A stretch of DNA of 64,000 nucleotides from Pirellulaceae bacterium (GTDB lineage Bacteria; Planctomycetota; Planctomycetia; Pirellulales; Pirellulaceae): contig JBJLEE010000005.1 in assembly GCA_045566075.1 (NCBI GenBank), positions 1-64,000 on the forward strand, given 5' to 3'. Positions 38,601 through 46,764 of the stretch are shown piece by piece (within the stretch, counting starts at the first letter, position 1; each line of letters starts with the position of its first letter). A program made the position numbers and the translations under genes. Below the pieces are notes generated by a model. That model saw only the letters and a list, made by a program, of their open reading frames with translations, was not told the DNA's origin and searched no databases.

Positions 38601-39884
38601 CTGCTGCAGGGAGGCTGGCTGTTGCCACTAGGAAGCGAGGCATCATTACGGGAAATGTTCGAGACCATCAAGCGACTACCAAAGGATCGGTTTCAAACAG
38701 TGCGACTGCCAGATTCAGTTGCAAAGAGCCCAATTACGTTGAGAGAGCTGCGTGTGGATGATGTCACGTATTACTATTTGCTGAACAACTCACCGTGGCC
38801 TGTCGGAGGTGCGATCGAACTCAAGGTCGCACCGTCGGCGAGAATAGATTTGCTTGCTCAACAGGAAAGCCGCCTGAACCGTATACCGCTTGCGACGAAG
38901 CCGCAAGGTAAACAGTCAATTCAATGGAACCGAATTGGCGCTACATGGAGTTTTGACTTAAAACCGTATGACATTGTTGCAGTTAAGGTTGAACGAGGTC
39001 TTCCAACAGTGGCTGATGTGCGAGTTGTTACTGACGAGGCCATCGCTGAAAGAATTCAACAAGAAATAAGAGACGTTAGTCGCCGTGTAAATAACCTAAC
39101 TCAGCCGCGGCATATGCAAGTGCTCCAAAACCCTGGCTTTGAAGCAACGCAAACGCACCTGTTTCCAAGTGGATGGGTACATAACACATCTGCCAAGAAC
39201 AATATTCAAACAAAAACAGGCGACGCCTTCCATGGCCAACAACATCTTGTGTTACATCGGCATCCAGCAGATCGTGCAGTGACCTGGGTTCGCAGTCAAC
39301 CGTTTGCCGCGCCTGCCACAGGCCGAATTGCTGTTTCTGCATGGGTCAGAATTCCCGATGCATCCCATCAACCGTCATTTCGCATTGCCGTGGAAGGAAA
39401 GCTGTTTGACCAGGTTTATTACCGCCCACGAACAATCGGACGTAAGGAACCAGGTCAGCAAGCGAGAAATATTACAGCCATCGGTGAAAAATGGTCGCGG
39501 TATGTTTTGATACTCGATGATCTGCCAAAAGATGGGCTAAGTGAACTGCGTATAGGCTTCGATCTGATGAGTGCCGGTGAAGTTTGGATCGATCAAGTGG
39601 AAGTGTTTGATATTTGGTTTCAGCAACAGGAGTTTCACGGGCTTATTAAGGATGTTGCTCTGGTGTATTCACTCCAGGAACATGGAAATCTGCTCGAATG
39701 CGAAGAGTATTTGCAGAGTTACTGGCCGCGGTATCTGCAGCAATATGTGCCACTAGGTAATTCCAGAGTTGCTACTGTACCCGACGAACTTCGAAAGAAC
39801 GTTGAATCAGACAATTCGGCATCACCGACAAATGTGCTTGATCTGTTCAAGCAGCATATCCCCGATCAACTACTGCCGTTTTAG
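35682..39884 (+). CDS. Large (1400 aa) secreted protein of unknown function, possibly with a carbohydrate-active or CBM-like C-terminal region
   Basis: Signal or TM segment FLLTGLCIWITSLIWQQAGFAQQ. A low-complexity NRPMI-repeat segment QQPMNRPMIQGQGPMTRDVINRPMIAPMQ. C-terminal LQNPGFEATQTHLFPSGWVHN resembles the opening of CBM4/9-type modules. Confidence 0.65.
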   Translation: MDKEVLLITLDEYKSRLSATKRPRVRRFLLTGLCIWITSLIWQQAGFAQQPMNRPMIQGQGPMTRDVINRPMIAPMQSDANSGRAGPPMASPATYIDKTPVFDGEGNLANKNTLYVRLRVMWGGKAPKSWTGRVSLESGHFARLTSLSMEANPSAVIEQSRTSILVKKVGQRSYDGFDVFIAGSVNAKVIVELVDEAQKTNRVSYKLAVTEILTAPFQRVIDDEGNRFKVRRSPGDQIHVQLQRNDLVFSPGESLVMNVQPYAIGLRPNNQYQLDVNVLPYRSSDVINTQSISFKPAENQVGDTIPNVTVPIPHKPGIYNIDVSVRSSRFVDSFVRLTPIAQRRIQFVVVPDKHERSESRPEQVEVMRFDPTDVSWWDKFNALHHLDHLNVLTDVKIQPRNNGKTSTLAQSEGKWLAPEQVESESELFTSIGVSGWQSYPLHCEDLYKPHVLEVVLPADVQQSIGISILEPDASGSLHPVHRDFGFFQDSSRWTNAEGQQIQRIVFWPRTQTPVMLLTNHHPTKSAIFKEVVVKQVLGKIGDLNRQFEPSARDTRDVLAMLEKPLFPELFGVSGTLDEISRAVLDDWHTFYIGSNRLADYLEFAGYSGASVAVVCEGSTLYPTSQIGSTPKYESGVLFSNGQDPVQKDVVELLFKTFDSRGLKLVPSIQFNMPLTQLDTQTSGTGELAGTLLRDGVGRTWNQRFSTDRGLGPYYNPLNVHVQKAMIDVVRELVDRYGHHPSFGGVMIAMTPNGYTHFPSSHWGLDVETVNQFVGQVEPDSADALMSHQQRVQAIKSELRQPWLTWRSQKLSEFYSRIAEAVQSQAAGAKLYLSPGELFNDPLVRRQLQPRLAVDVPFDEVMLEKGVKPDAFPASSALVWMHPNKCVPIHDLAKQASDVAIQRDARFSRWSGTHMQSASVIQHTPHSRSLPGLDKVSAFGVGSADTWLISTLAATEGEARKPFIESLVKSDTFHLLQGGWLLPLGSEASLREMFETIKRLPKDRFQTVRLPDSVAKSPITLRELRVDDVTYYYLLNNSPWPVGGAIELKVAPSARIDLLAQQESRLNRIPLATKPQGKQSIQWNRIGATWSFDLKPYDIVAVKVERGLPTVADVRVVTDEAIAERIQQEIRDVSRRVNNLTQPRHMQVLQNPGFEATQTHLFPSGWVHNTSAKNNIQTKTGDAFHGQQHLVLHRHPADRAVTWVRSQPFAAPATGRIAVSAWVRIPDASHQPSFRIAVEGKLFDQVYYRPRTIGRKEPGQQARNITAIGEKWSRYVLILDDLPKDGLSELRIGFDLMSAGEVWIDQVEVFDIWFQQQEFHGLIKDVALVYSLQEHGNLLECEEYLQSYWPRYLQQYVPLGNSRVATVPDELRKNVESDNSASPTNVLDLFKQHIPDQLLPF

Positions 39885-39903
39885 ATTCTTCCCGTTAGCC
39901 CCA

Positions 39904-40290
39904 TCAGTCGTGGCGTCTGAGTAACCACTCGAGTATCTCTCTATTTCCGTCGGGGAAGTCAAGTTCCGCTAGTCGATCTCGTTTTAGCCATTGAAACGGT
40001 GAATCCGGTACATGAGATTCTATGACAGTACAACGTACGAAGTGTAAGCGGACTATCCCATGATCATACGTATGCTCGTGGATTGAGACGATGGACTCAG
40101 CCGTTACATCGATACCGGTTTCTTCGCGGCATTCGCGAATAGCAGCCGCTTCGACTGACTCGTTGCCTTCAACCTTGCCGCCAGGAAACTCCCAAAGACC
40201 TCCGAGCGGTTTATCAATCGGTCGTGGCCCAGCCAGAATCATGCCATCGTTCTCAACAATAGCGATGGCAATGTCTGTTATTGAGGGCAT
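39904..40290 (-). CDS. NUDIX hydrolase (MutT-like)
   Basis: Nudix box GGLWEFPGGKVEGNESVEAAAIRECREETGIDV (Gx5Ex7REUxEExGU), 128 aa. Confidence 0.8.
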   Translation of the reverse strand: MPSITDIAIAIVENDGMILAGPRPIDKPLGGLWEFPGGKVEGNESVEAAAIRECREETGIDVTAESIVSIHEHTYDHGIVRLHFVRCTVIESHVPDSPFQWLKRDRLAELDFPDGNREILEWLLRRHD

Positions 40291-40341
40291 GGCTGCATGA
40301 CTACATGGCTACATGACTGAATGTGGCAAATCACCGATGGA

Positions 40342-41166
40342 TTATTCGGCTTCAAGCTTATCTAGTAGACGCCCCGGATGACCCATGATGTTATAGCCGC
40401 CATCAATATGGAGGATTTCACCTGTGATACCATCGGAAAAGTCTGAAAGTAGAAATGCACCTGTTCTACCGACTTCTTCATGTGTGATATTTCGTGCCAG
40501 TGGTGCCATGTGTTCGTACATTTGGAGCATCGGACCCACGCCTGCTGCTGAACCAGCTAGTGTCTTAAGGGGTCCGGCACTGACGGCATTAACTCTGATT
40601 CCTTGTGGACCGAGATCATGCGACAGATAGCGGACGCTGGCCTCCAGTGCTGCCTTACAGATTCCCATGACGTTGTAACCCGGCACGCACTTCTCGCCAC
40701 CGTAGTATGTCATTGCAGCAATGGAACCGTTTTCATTGAATATGCCTTTGGCGGCGTTGGCGATGGCAATCAGGCTATAAGCGCTGATTTCCATGGCCAT
40801 CTTGAAGCCTTCTCGACTTGTTTCGATGGTATCACGACTTAGGTCGTCACGATCTGCAAAAGCAACACTGTGAAGCAAGAAGTCAATCTTTCCGAATTCT
40901 TCAACCGTCTTATCGATGGCCAGTTTAATGTTCTCGTCGTCAGCAACATTCATCGGCACAAGAAACTTGGTTTGTTCCGGGTAGTCTCTTGTGCACTTTT
41001 CGACGCGACGGCGGTTCTTTTGCTTTTCATCGTCTTCGCGATCAGGTAAATAGGTGAATCCGCATTCACCACCTTCTTCCATGATCGTACGTGCTATTGC
41101 CCAAGCGATACTTCGGTCGTTCGCTACGCCTACGATTAGACCTTTTTTGCCTTCGAACAATCCCAT
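40342..41166 (-). CDS. fabI: Enoyl-[acyl-carrier-protein] reductase (NADH), FabI
   Basis: MGLFEGKKGLIVGVANDRSIAWAIA..., Y-x6-K catalytic pair in MTYYGGEKCVPGYNVMGICKAALEA, and RVNAVSAGPLKTLA. Strong end-to-end resemblance to E. coli FabI, with an inserted basic segment of about 25 aa. Confidence 0.9.
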   Translation of the reverse strand: MGLFEGKKGLIVGVANDRSIAWAIARTIMEEGGECGFTYLPDREDDEKQKNRRRVEKCTRDYPEQTKFLVPMNVADDENIKLAIDKTVEEFGKIDFLLHSVAFADRDDLSRDTIETSREGFKMAMEISAYSLIAIANAAKGIFNENGSIAAMTYYGGEKCVPGYNVMGICKAALEASVRYLSHDLGPQGIRVNAVSAGPLKTLAGSAAGVGPMLQMYEHMAPLARNITHEEVGRTGAFLLSDFSDGITGEILHIDGGYNIMGHPGRLLDKLEAE

Positions 41167-41288
41167 GAGATGCGTTTCCTATTTGTTCTTGTGATACCGT
41201 GTTTAGTGATTCAGAAAGTTGTTTTGGTTAGCCCTTTAGGATAATCGCCTTACCCATTTCCTGACAATGACGCTCACCGTTAATTGCA

Positions 41289-42326
41289 TTATCCAGCGAC
41301 TTTGTCGGAGTGCTCCAGTATTGCCCTGGCGACGTGGTAGAAGATCGGTGCGGCAAAACACATGGAGTCAATTCGATCCAGAACTCCTGCATGACCTTGT
41401 ACTAATGTGCCGAAGTCACTCACACCTCGGTCACGCTTAATGGCAGACATAACCATGCCACCAAAGAATCCCATAATGGCGACGATTAACGAAAGTAATG
41501 CCGCTTGCCAGTACTCAAATGGAGTAACAGAGTGAAGCAGTGCCCCGACTAATGTTGTTGTGGCGGCACCACCGATGAATCCTTCCCAACTTCGACGGGC
41601 GTTAATGTTTGGTGCGATAACTCTGCGATCACCTAGTAGCTTGCCCCATCCGTATTGGAAAATGTCATTTAGTTGTGTGATCAGGACAAAGAAAAACAGT
41701 AGCCCTTCGGGCCGTACATCCGCGTTGTGAGAATTCGATAAGTCTAAATAGAGCGTTGCTGGTGCGAAACTTAGAGCATAGACACAGATTAGTAATGCCA
41801 GTTGTATTTTGGCGGATCGTTCCAGGAATTGCTTCTGATCATTGGATACCGCAATACGTGCTGGGATGAGAAGTGATGCGTATACCGGGATGATGGTTGA
41901 ATACAGACCATATTTCTCCAAGCCAACCATGACGAACTGGAGCGGAGTGATAATGAAAAAGCTCCAGAATAGCGCGCGATGATCGCTTCGCCGTGTAGGC
42001 GTCATCGTGATGAATTCACGCAGTGCCCAGAATGAAATCAAACCGAATAGCACAACGGTACATGTAGGCCCCGTGACGAAACCGACAACCAAGATGGCAA
42101 TCATCAACCACCAGGCACGGATGCGATGATTAAATGCACGAACTACGGCTACATTGACTCGATCGTCCGTTTGTCGTTCCAGCATCCTGCCAATGAAGGA
42201 CGCGATGAACAGCAGCCCAAGTACGCAACTGATCAGCAGCAATAAACTCGTATCATCGAACACGCTGCTGAGCATTTTGAGCGGATCGTCGAAGAACCCT
42301 ATCAGATTGTTAGGAATGAGTTGCAT
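41289..42326 (-). CDS. cdsA: Phosphatidate cytidylyltransferase (CDP-diglyceride synthase)
   Basis: Eight or nine TM helices. C-terminal signature SAIKRDRGVSDFGTLVQGHAGVLDRIDS. Confidence 0.85.
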   Translation of the reverse strand: MQLIPNNLIGFFDDPLKMLSSVFDDTSLLLLISCVLGLLFIASFIGRMLERQTDDRVNVAVVRAFNHRIRAWWLMIAILVVGFVTGPTCTVVLFGLISFWALREFITMTPTRRSDHRALFWSFFIITPLQFVMVGLEKYGLYSTIIPVYASLLIPARIAVSNDQKQFLERSAKIQLALLICVYALSFAPATLYLDLSNSHNADVRPEGLLFFFVLITQLNDIFQYGWGKLLGDRRVIAPNINARRSWEGFIGGAATTTLVGALLHSVTPFEYWQAALLSLIVAIMGFFGGMVMSAIKRDRGVSDFGTLVQGHAGVLDRIDSMCFAAPIFYHVARAILEHSDKVAG

Positions 42327-42937
42327 TAAGTGGTTGCTTCACGGATATCAATGATGGACTGTCTCGCTCGTCGCAGGAACTCCGCTTTACCTTCGCCGTT
42401 TTCCAGCCAAATCGGTTCACCAATCGTGATGCAACTGAGTAACGGTACGGGAAGCACCTCGCCTCGAGGCAGAATTCGATTCATGTTGTCCAGATACACC
42501 GGTACGAGTTCGAGATCCGGCCGTTTCTTGGCAAGGTAATAAAGTCCGCTCTTGAATCGTCCCATTTCATCGCTTGAATTTCTTCCACCTTCCGGGAAGA
42601 CGATTAGCGAAAACGTGTTGCCCATTTCTCTGATCATGAGATCCACTGGGCTTTGGTGTACTTTAATCTCTTTCCGGTCTATTAATAGAGCGTTAAACGA
42701 TGCGGCGACATGACGCCTAACAGGACCACCTTCCCAATAGTCTTTGGCAGCAACAGGGCGTGTAAGCGTTCGCACATCATTCGGTAATGACGCCCAGAGT
42801 ACTAGTGCATCCAAGTGACTTGTGTGGTTTGCAAAGTAGACTCGCTGGCAAGTGTCCGGCTGACAGTCCAACCAGCGCACGCTGTAGCCGCTGAGTAGCT
42901 TGGCTACTATGACGAGCAAACGGCTCATGAATTTCAT
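42326..42937 (-). CDS. plsC: 1-acyl-sn-glycerol-3-phosphate acyltransferase (lysophosphatidic acid acyltransferase)
   Basis: H(x)4D motif NHTSHLD and substrate-binding block FPEGGR. Shares one base with the upstream cdsA stop. Confidence 0.85.
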   Translation of the reverse strand: MKFMSRLLVIVAKLLSGYSVRWLDCQPDTCQRVYFANHTSHLDALVLWASLPNDVRTLTRPVAAKDYWEGGPVRRHVAASFNALLIDRKEIKVHQSPVDLMIREMGNTFSLIVFPEGGRNSSDEMGRFKSGLYYLAKKRPDLELVPVYLDNMNRILPRGEVLPVPLLSCITIGEPIWLENGEGKAEFLRRARQSIIDIREATT

Positions 42938-43044
42938 GCGGCTGGACCTTTGTTAATTGGCTTTAATGCTTCCTAACTATGGTACCTGAAAGAGGTGATT
43001 TTTTGGGTGGTACCAGCGGTGATAGCAGCTCACGCCATTTGGTT

Positions 43045-44196
43045 TTAAAACAGAATTAGGCTGTTATCCAACTCTGTGATTTTATCACTGGAGGTCGCCA
43101 GATCGGCAAGTAGCTCTCCTGCCTGTCCGCATCGATCCGAAATATCGCTGGCTTCCCATCGATCATCCGGTTTAGCAAAGATCCCGATGACTTCATGAGT
43201 GTTGAGATTATACCGCGCGTGCCAGGCCGGTGTTCTAATCGCTCTTTCAGTTGCAGATAGCAGTTGAATCACTTGATGTATCACCGGAGCGTCATGAATG
43301 TGTGGTGATACGCTGTCTGTTGATTGAAAAACGCCGCAGTTCAAATCTCGATTCTCGTTATCATCACAACTATTGATCCACTCACCGAGCTGTGTTGTTG
43401 AGAACAACCATTGATTGCGAACGAGGTTATTGCGAAATGTGTTGTCCACCAAAATGAACGGAACATGGATTACATCTTCGGTGAGCTGGCCCGTGTTAAT
43501 GCCAATTTGGCCGTGACGACCAAGGTTATAGCCGCGAGGCGAAGTGATGATGATTCGATCAACTCGGGCTTCTAGGAGAGGAATCAAAACGGACAGGCAC
43601 GAATCGATCATGGTCACCTGAGCGGCATACGCTTGTTGCAGTGCAGCCAGGTAGTCTTCATCAATCTTGTCCTCCACGCCTGAAACTGGTGCTGTTATTC
43701 CGATTTTTATTTCGGGATCCTCTTCGTCATGGTAAAGATCTCTCAGGGTTTCAGGTGCATCCCAGTTTCCAGAGAGTCCAGAGGAGTGGATCCAGAGGAG
43801 ATCTGCGCATTCACCGGATTCCAGATAATCAATTACTTCGGCAGTGAGATTCGCGAATCCCGTATCCTCCACTTCAGTAGCGGCTTCGTTGTTTATGACA
43901 GGCGTGATCGGTGTTACTGCGTCGTATCCGCCTTGTTCTGCGATGCGAGCAGCTTCAGCGTCATCCGTAATTAGGTGGCTGGTGATTGGGGTTAATGTAG
44001 TGCCGCGTTGTGAGTTGTTAATGCACCAGAGGTGTTCTAGTGAGGAATCAAGGCGAGGATCGCTGCAATATGCTGACTCAAGTACCAGACCAGAAGCCGC
44101 AAGGTCGTCAAAAGTCGGTGTTCTTACCCATGTGTTGCCGTATGCACTAATTGCAGAGGTAGATAGCCCATCGATGGTAATTACGACTGTCTTGAT
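43045..44196 (-). CDS. Alkaline-phosphatase-superfamily metalloenzyme (nucleotide pyrophosphatase/phosphodiesterase- or iPGM-like), apparently starting at a non-canonical ATC codon
   Basis: The listed ORF (43045-43872) begins at an internal GTG. The same frame stays open upstream to a TGA at about 44255. It encodes the family's characteristic N-terminus IKTVVITIDGLSTSAISAYGNTWVRTPTFDDLAASGLVLESAYC. No ATG, GTG or TTG lies in that stretch. ATC at 44194-44196 is preceded by GGAG with 7-nt spacing. Confidence 0.5.
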   Translation of the reverse strand: MKTVVITIDGLSTSAISAYGNTWVRTPTFDDLAASGLVLESAYCSDPRLDSSLEHLWCINNSQRGTTLTPITSHLITDDAEAARIAEQGGYDAVTPITPVINNEAATEVEDTGFANLTAEVIDYLESGECADLLWIHSSGLSGNWDAPETLRDLYHDEEDPEIKIGITAPVSGVEDKIDEDYLAALQQAYAAQVTMIDSCLSVLIPLLEARVDRIIITSPRGYNLGRHGQIGINTGQLTEDVIHVPFILVDNTFRNNLVRNQWLFSTTQLGEWINSCDDNENRDLNCGVFQSTDSVSPHIHDAPVIHQVIQLLSATERAIRTPAWHARYNLNTHEVIGIFAKPDDRWEASDISDRCGQAGELLADLATSSDKITELDNSLILF

Positions 44197-44370
44197 TGTG
44201 TAGCTCCGACAGTTTGCTAGGTTTGCGAGATTTTCATGACTTGCTAGTAGTCAGTCTATTTGATGTGAGGCCATTCGTCATGAGCTAGAGACCATTAGCG
44301 GTTAATAGTAGATGTTCCAGTAGAAATCTACATGCTCCTATTACACGCATTTGAGCAATGATTTCGCAGA

Positions 44371-44389
44371 GGTGTATCATTTATACACC
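44371..44389. promoter_or_regulatory. Perfect palindrome ggtgtat-cattt-atacacc in the AT-rich divergent intergenic region between the metalloenzyme gene and the sigma-54 activator gene
   Basis: Read directly. About 90 bp upstream of the activator ATG. A second inverted repeat, gtagat...atctac, sits at about 44303-44330. Confidence 0.45.
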
Positions 44390-44478
44390 AATTAGCTATA
44401 ATGAATGTTATCAAAACGATATGCAGTAAAGTCGTTTCGTTGTGTTTCACATGAATCATAGATTGAAGCAGGTGCATT

Positions 44479-46332
44479 ATGGCTAGTAGCACTATTGGGG
44501 CTGATTTACTCGCTTCTATAAATAGGAACGATTCTTTTGCAACGGATGCGATACAGATACTGAGCCGCGTGGCAAATGTAGAGCAGGTGGCATTCCTGAT
44601 TGCTGAGGTTGGTGACTGGATTTACTGTGGCGGGGATCTATCGATGGAGTCGATAGACACGGACTTGTTGCATGCGGCCATTGACAGTCAGGGGAATCAG
44701 TCAAACGGTCGGCAATTTGTTTATTCAGGCACCCAGCAGGGCGAGTCGATTCCCGTTGTCGTGTTTTCTGTTACGGAGTCGATTCCGGATCACGTTGGTG
44801 AAGAGGCCATTGCAGCATTTCAGATTTGGTGGGAGCGGCAGTGCAGTGACAAGCGGATACAGCAATTAGAAGCTGTTGTGGATATCGCAGCCCGTTGGCA
44901 GTCGTATCAGGATACCGGACAGTTATTTCAGGAAATTGCAGAAGCGTCGACTCGGTTAGTTGGTGCCGAACGGGCAAGTTTATTTTTGCGAGATGAAGCG
45001 CGTGGTGAACTCGTTGCCAGGCCGGCGTTAGGTATTGAGTCGGGGGAGTTACGCCTTCCAGATGATCGTGGGGTGGTTGGTTCCGTGATTCAAACGGGTG
45101 AGTCTGTTGTGATTAATCACGGAGAGACAGATGATCGGATCGATCATAGCGTGGATGAGAAACTGGGGTTTGTGACGCGCAGTTTACTGTGCTGTCCGAT
45201 GTTTGACCACGACGACAAGATTATTGGTGCTTTTGAATTGATTAATAAGATTGACGGCCACTTTATATTGAGTGACTTGAGCATAGCCAGGGAATTAGCG
45301 TTGCATGCTTCTGTGGCGTTAGACGAGACACAGCAGCTAGAGTCACTGGTAAGTGCGCGTGCGGTGAGAACGGAGCAGGCAGCAGATGCCATCCAGTTAA
45401 TCGGTGACTGTCCGGCAATTGAAGCGATACGTAACACGATTGATCGCATTGCCAATACGGATTTGCACATTCTGATATTGGGAGAGAACGGCACAGGTAA
45501 GGAGGTGGTTTCGCAACTGATTCACTATCGCAGTGAGCGATGTCATGAACCGATGGTGGCGGTGAATTGTGCGGCGTTGCCGGACACGCTGCTCGAGAGT
45601 GAGTTGTTCGGCCATGTGCGAGGTGCGTTTACTGATGCACATGACGACCGTGCTGGGAAGTTTGAGTTAGCAAGTAACGGCACATTACTGCTGGATGAAA
45701 TCGGTGATATGAGTCTGGCTGGTCAGGCGAAGCTCCTGCGTGTATTAGAAGAAAAGCAGGTTGTACGTGTGGGCGGTTCCGAATTGATTTCCACGGATTC
45801 ACGAGTACTTGCGGCGACCAATCAGCAGTTGACGGAGTTAGTACGAGAGAAACGTTTTCGGGAGGACCTGTATTTCCGGCTAAACGTCGTGACGATCGAG
45901 GTGCCACCACTTCGCGAACGAGGTAAGGACGTCGTTTTATTAGCGGAGCATTTTCTTGAGACGCTTTCACGAAAGGCGGGTAGGGCGGTTCCGGAACTTT
46001 CCGCTGATGCAAAGAGTAAATTGATTTCGCACAACTGGCCGGGCAATGTCCGCGAGTTACGCAACGTGATGGAACGGGTGGTGTATTTGACCGATCAGGA
46101 TCGGGTTGATGCGAAAGATCTGGAATTTGTGCTTTCGCCATCGGAGAGTACTCCGGTGATGAGTTTGGATTATTCGTTGAACGAAGCGACGAAGTTATTT
46201 CAGCATCAGTACATAACTAAGGTTGTGGAGAATTGTGGCGGAAACATGTCACAGGCATCTAAGCGGCTTGATGTATTCCGGTCGAATCTCTATCGCAAGC
46301 TAAAGCAACTTGAGGAAGATGAGCCCACGTAA
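44479..46332 (+). CDS. Sigma-54-dependent transcriptional activator (bacterial enhancer-binding protein) with two N-terminal GAF-type sensory domains and a C-terminal Fis-type HTH
   Basis: Walker A ILILGENGTGKEVV. The sigma-54 contact loop is ELFGHVRGAFTDA (GAFTDA, not the canonical GAFTGA). GKFELASNGTLLLDEIGDM...LLRVLEEKQVVRVGG. HTH NMSQASKRLDVFRSNLYRKLKQL. Confidence 0.85.
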   Translation: MASSTIGADLLASINRNDSFATDAIQILSRVANVEQVAFLIAEVGDWIYCGGDLSMESIDTDLLHAAIDSQGNQSNGRQFVYSGTQQGESIPVVVFSVTESIPDHVGEEAIAAFQIWWERQCSDKRIQQLEAVVDIAARWQSYQDTGQLFQEIAEASTRLVGAERASLFLRDEARGELVARPALGIESGELRLPDDRGVVGSVIQTGESVVINHGETDDRIDHSVDEKLGFVTRSLLCCPMFDHDDKIIGAFELINKIDGHFILSDLSIARELALHASVALDETQQLESLVSARAVRTEQAADAIQLIGDCPAIEAIRNTIDRIANTDLHILILGENGTGKEVVSQLIHYRSERCHEPMVAVNCAALPDTLLESELFGHVRGAFTDAHDDRAGKFELASNGTLLLDEIGDMSLAGQAKLLRVLEEKQVVRVGGSELISTDSRVLAATNQQLTELVREKRFREDLYFRLNVVTIEVPPLRERGKDVVLLAEHFLETLSRKAGRAVPELSADAKSKLISHNWPGNVRELRNVMERVVYLTDQDRVDAKDLEFVLSPSESTPVMSLDYSLNEATKLFQHQYITKVVENCGGNMSQASKRLDVFRSNLYRKLKQLEEDEPT

Positions 46333-46474
46333 GTTTGGACGATGTGTTGGGTGTTTGGAGTATTCCCAACTGCAACGTATTTTCAAGAAGCCGTCAGGTG
46401 ACGAGAGCTGTTTTAGCCATCTAGACTTCAAGGGACTTGTCGATGATGAGTGATTGACTAGTATAGAAACTTCA

Positions 46475-46547
46475 GCCCCTATAGCTCAACTGGCAGAGCA
46501 TCTGACTCTTAATCAGAGGGTTCTAGGTTCGAGTCCTAGTGGGGGCA
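46475..46547 (+). tRNA. tRNA-Lys (anticodon CTT)
   Basis: GCCCCTA-TA-GCTC-AACTGGCA-GAGC-A-TCTGA-CTCTTAA-TCAGA-GGGTT-CTAGG-TTCGAGT-CCTAG-TGGGGGC-A. All stems pair. No encoded CCA. Confidence 0.85.
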
Positions 46548-46764
46548 CTTGGCTAGTTTGTAGTAGGTTGCACAGAAGTGCAGACACTTGCATACTAGCC
46601 TTTTCTAATTGCTCCGGTGACTCCGTGCAGCTCTGTTGCCCACCATTCTGTGTCATATTTGTGTCAATTGCACAGGCCTGCTTCACCGCAGCTTGAAATC
46701 GTAGACTTATAATAACCATTAACACATATCGCCACTCACTGGTTTTCATTCTGCAAGGCTAATA

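Noticed and set aside
43844-44203. 119-aa plus-strand ORF
   Set aside because: It is antisense to the conserved N-terminal coding region (VITIDGLS...) of the alkaline-phosphatase-superfamily gene on the minus strand.
46454-46749. ORFs 46454-46696 (+) and 46513-46749 (-) overlapping tRNA-Lys
   Set aside because: They overlap a well-folded tRNA and its downstream spacer. Spurious.
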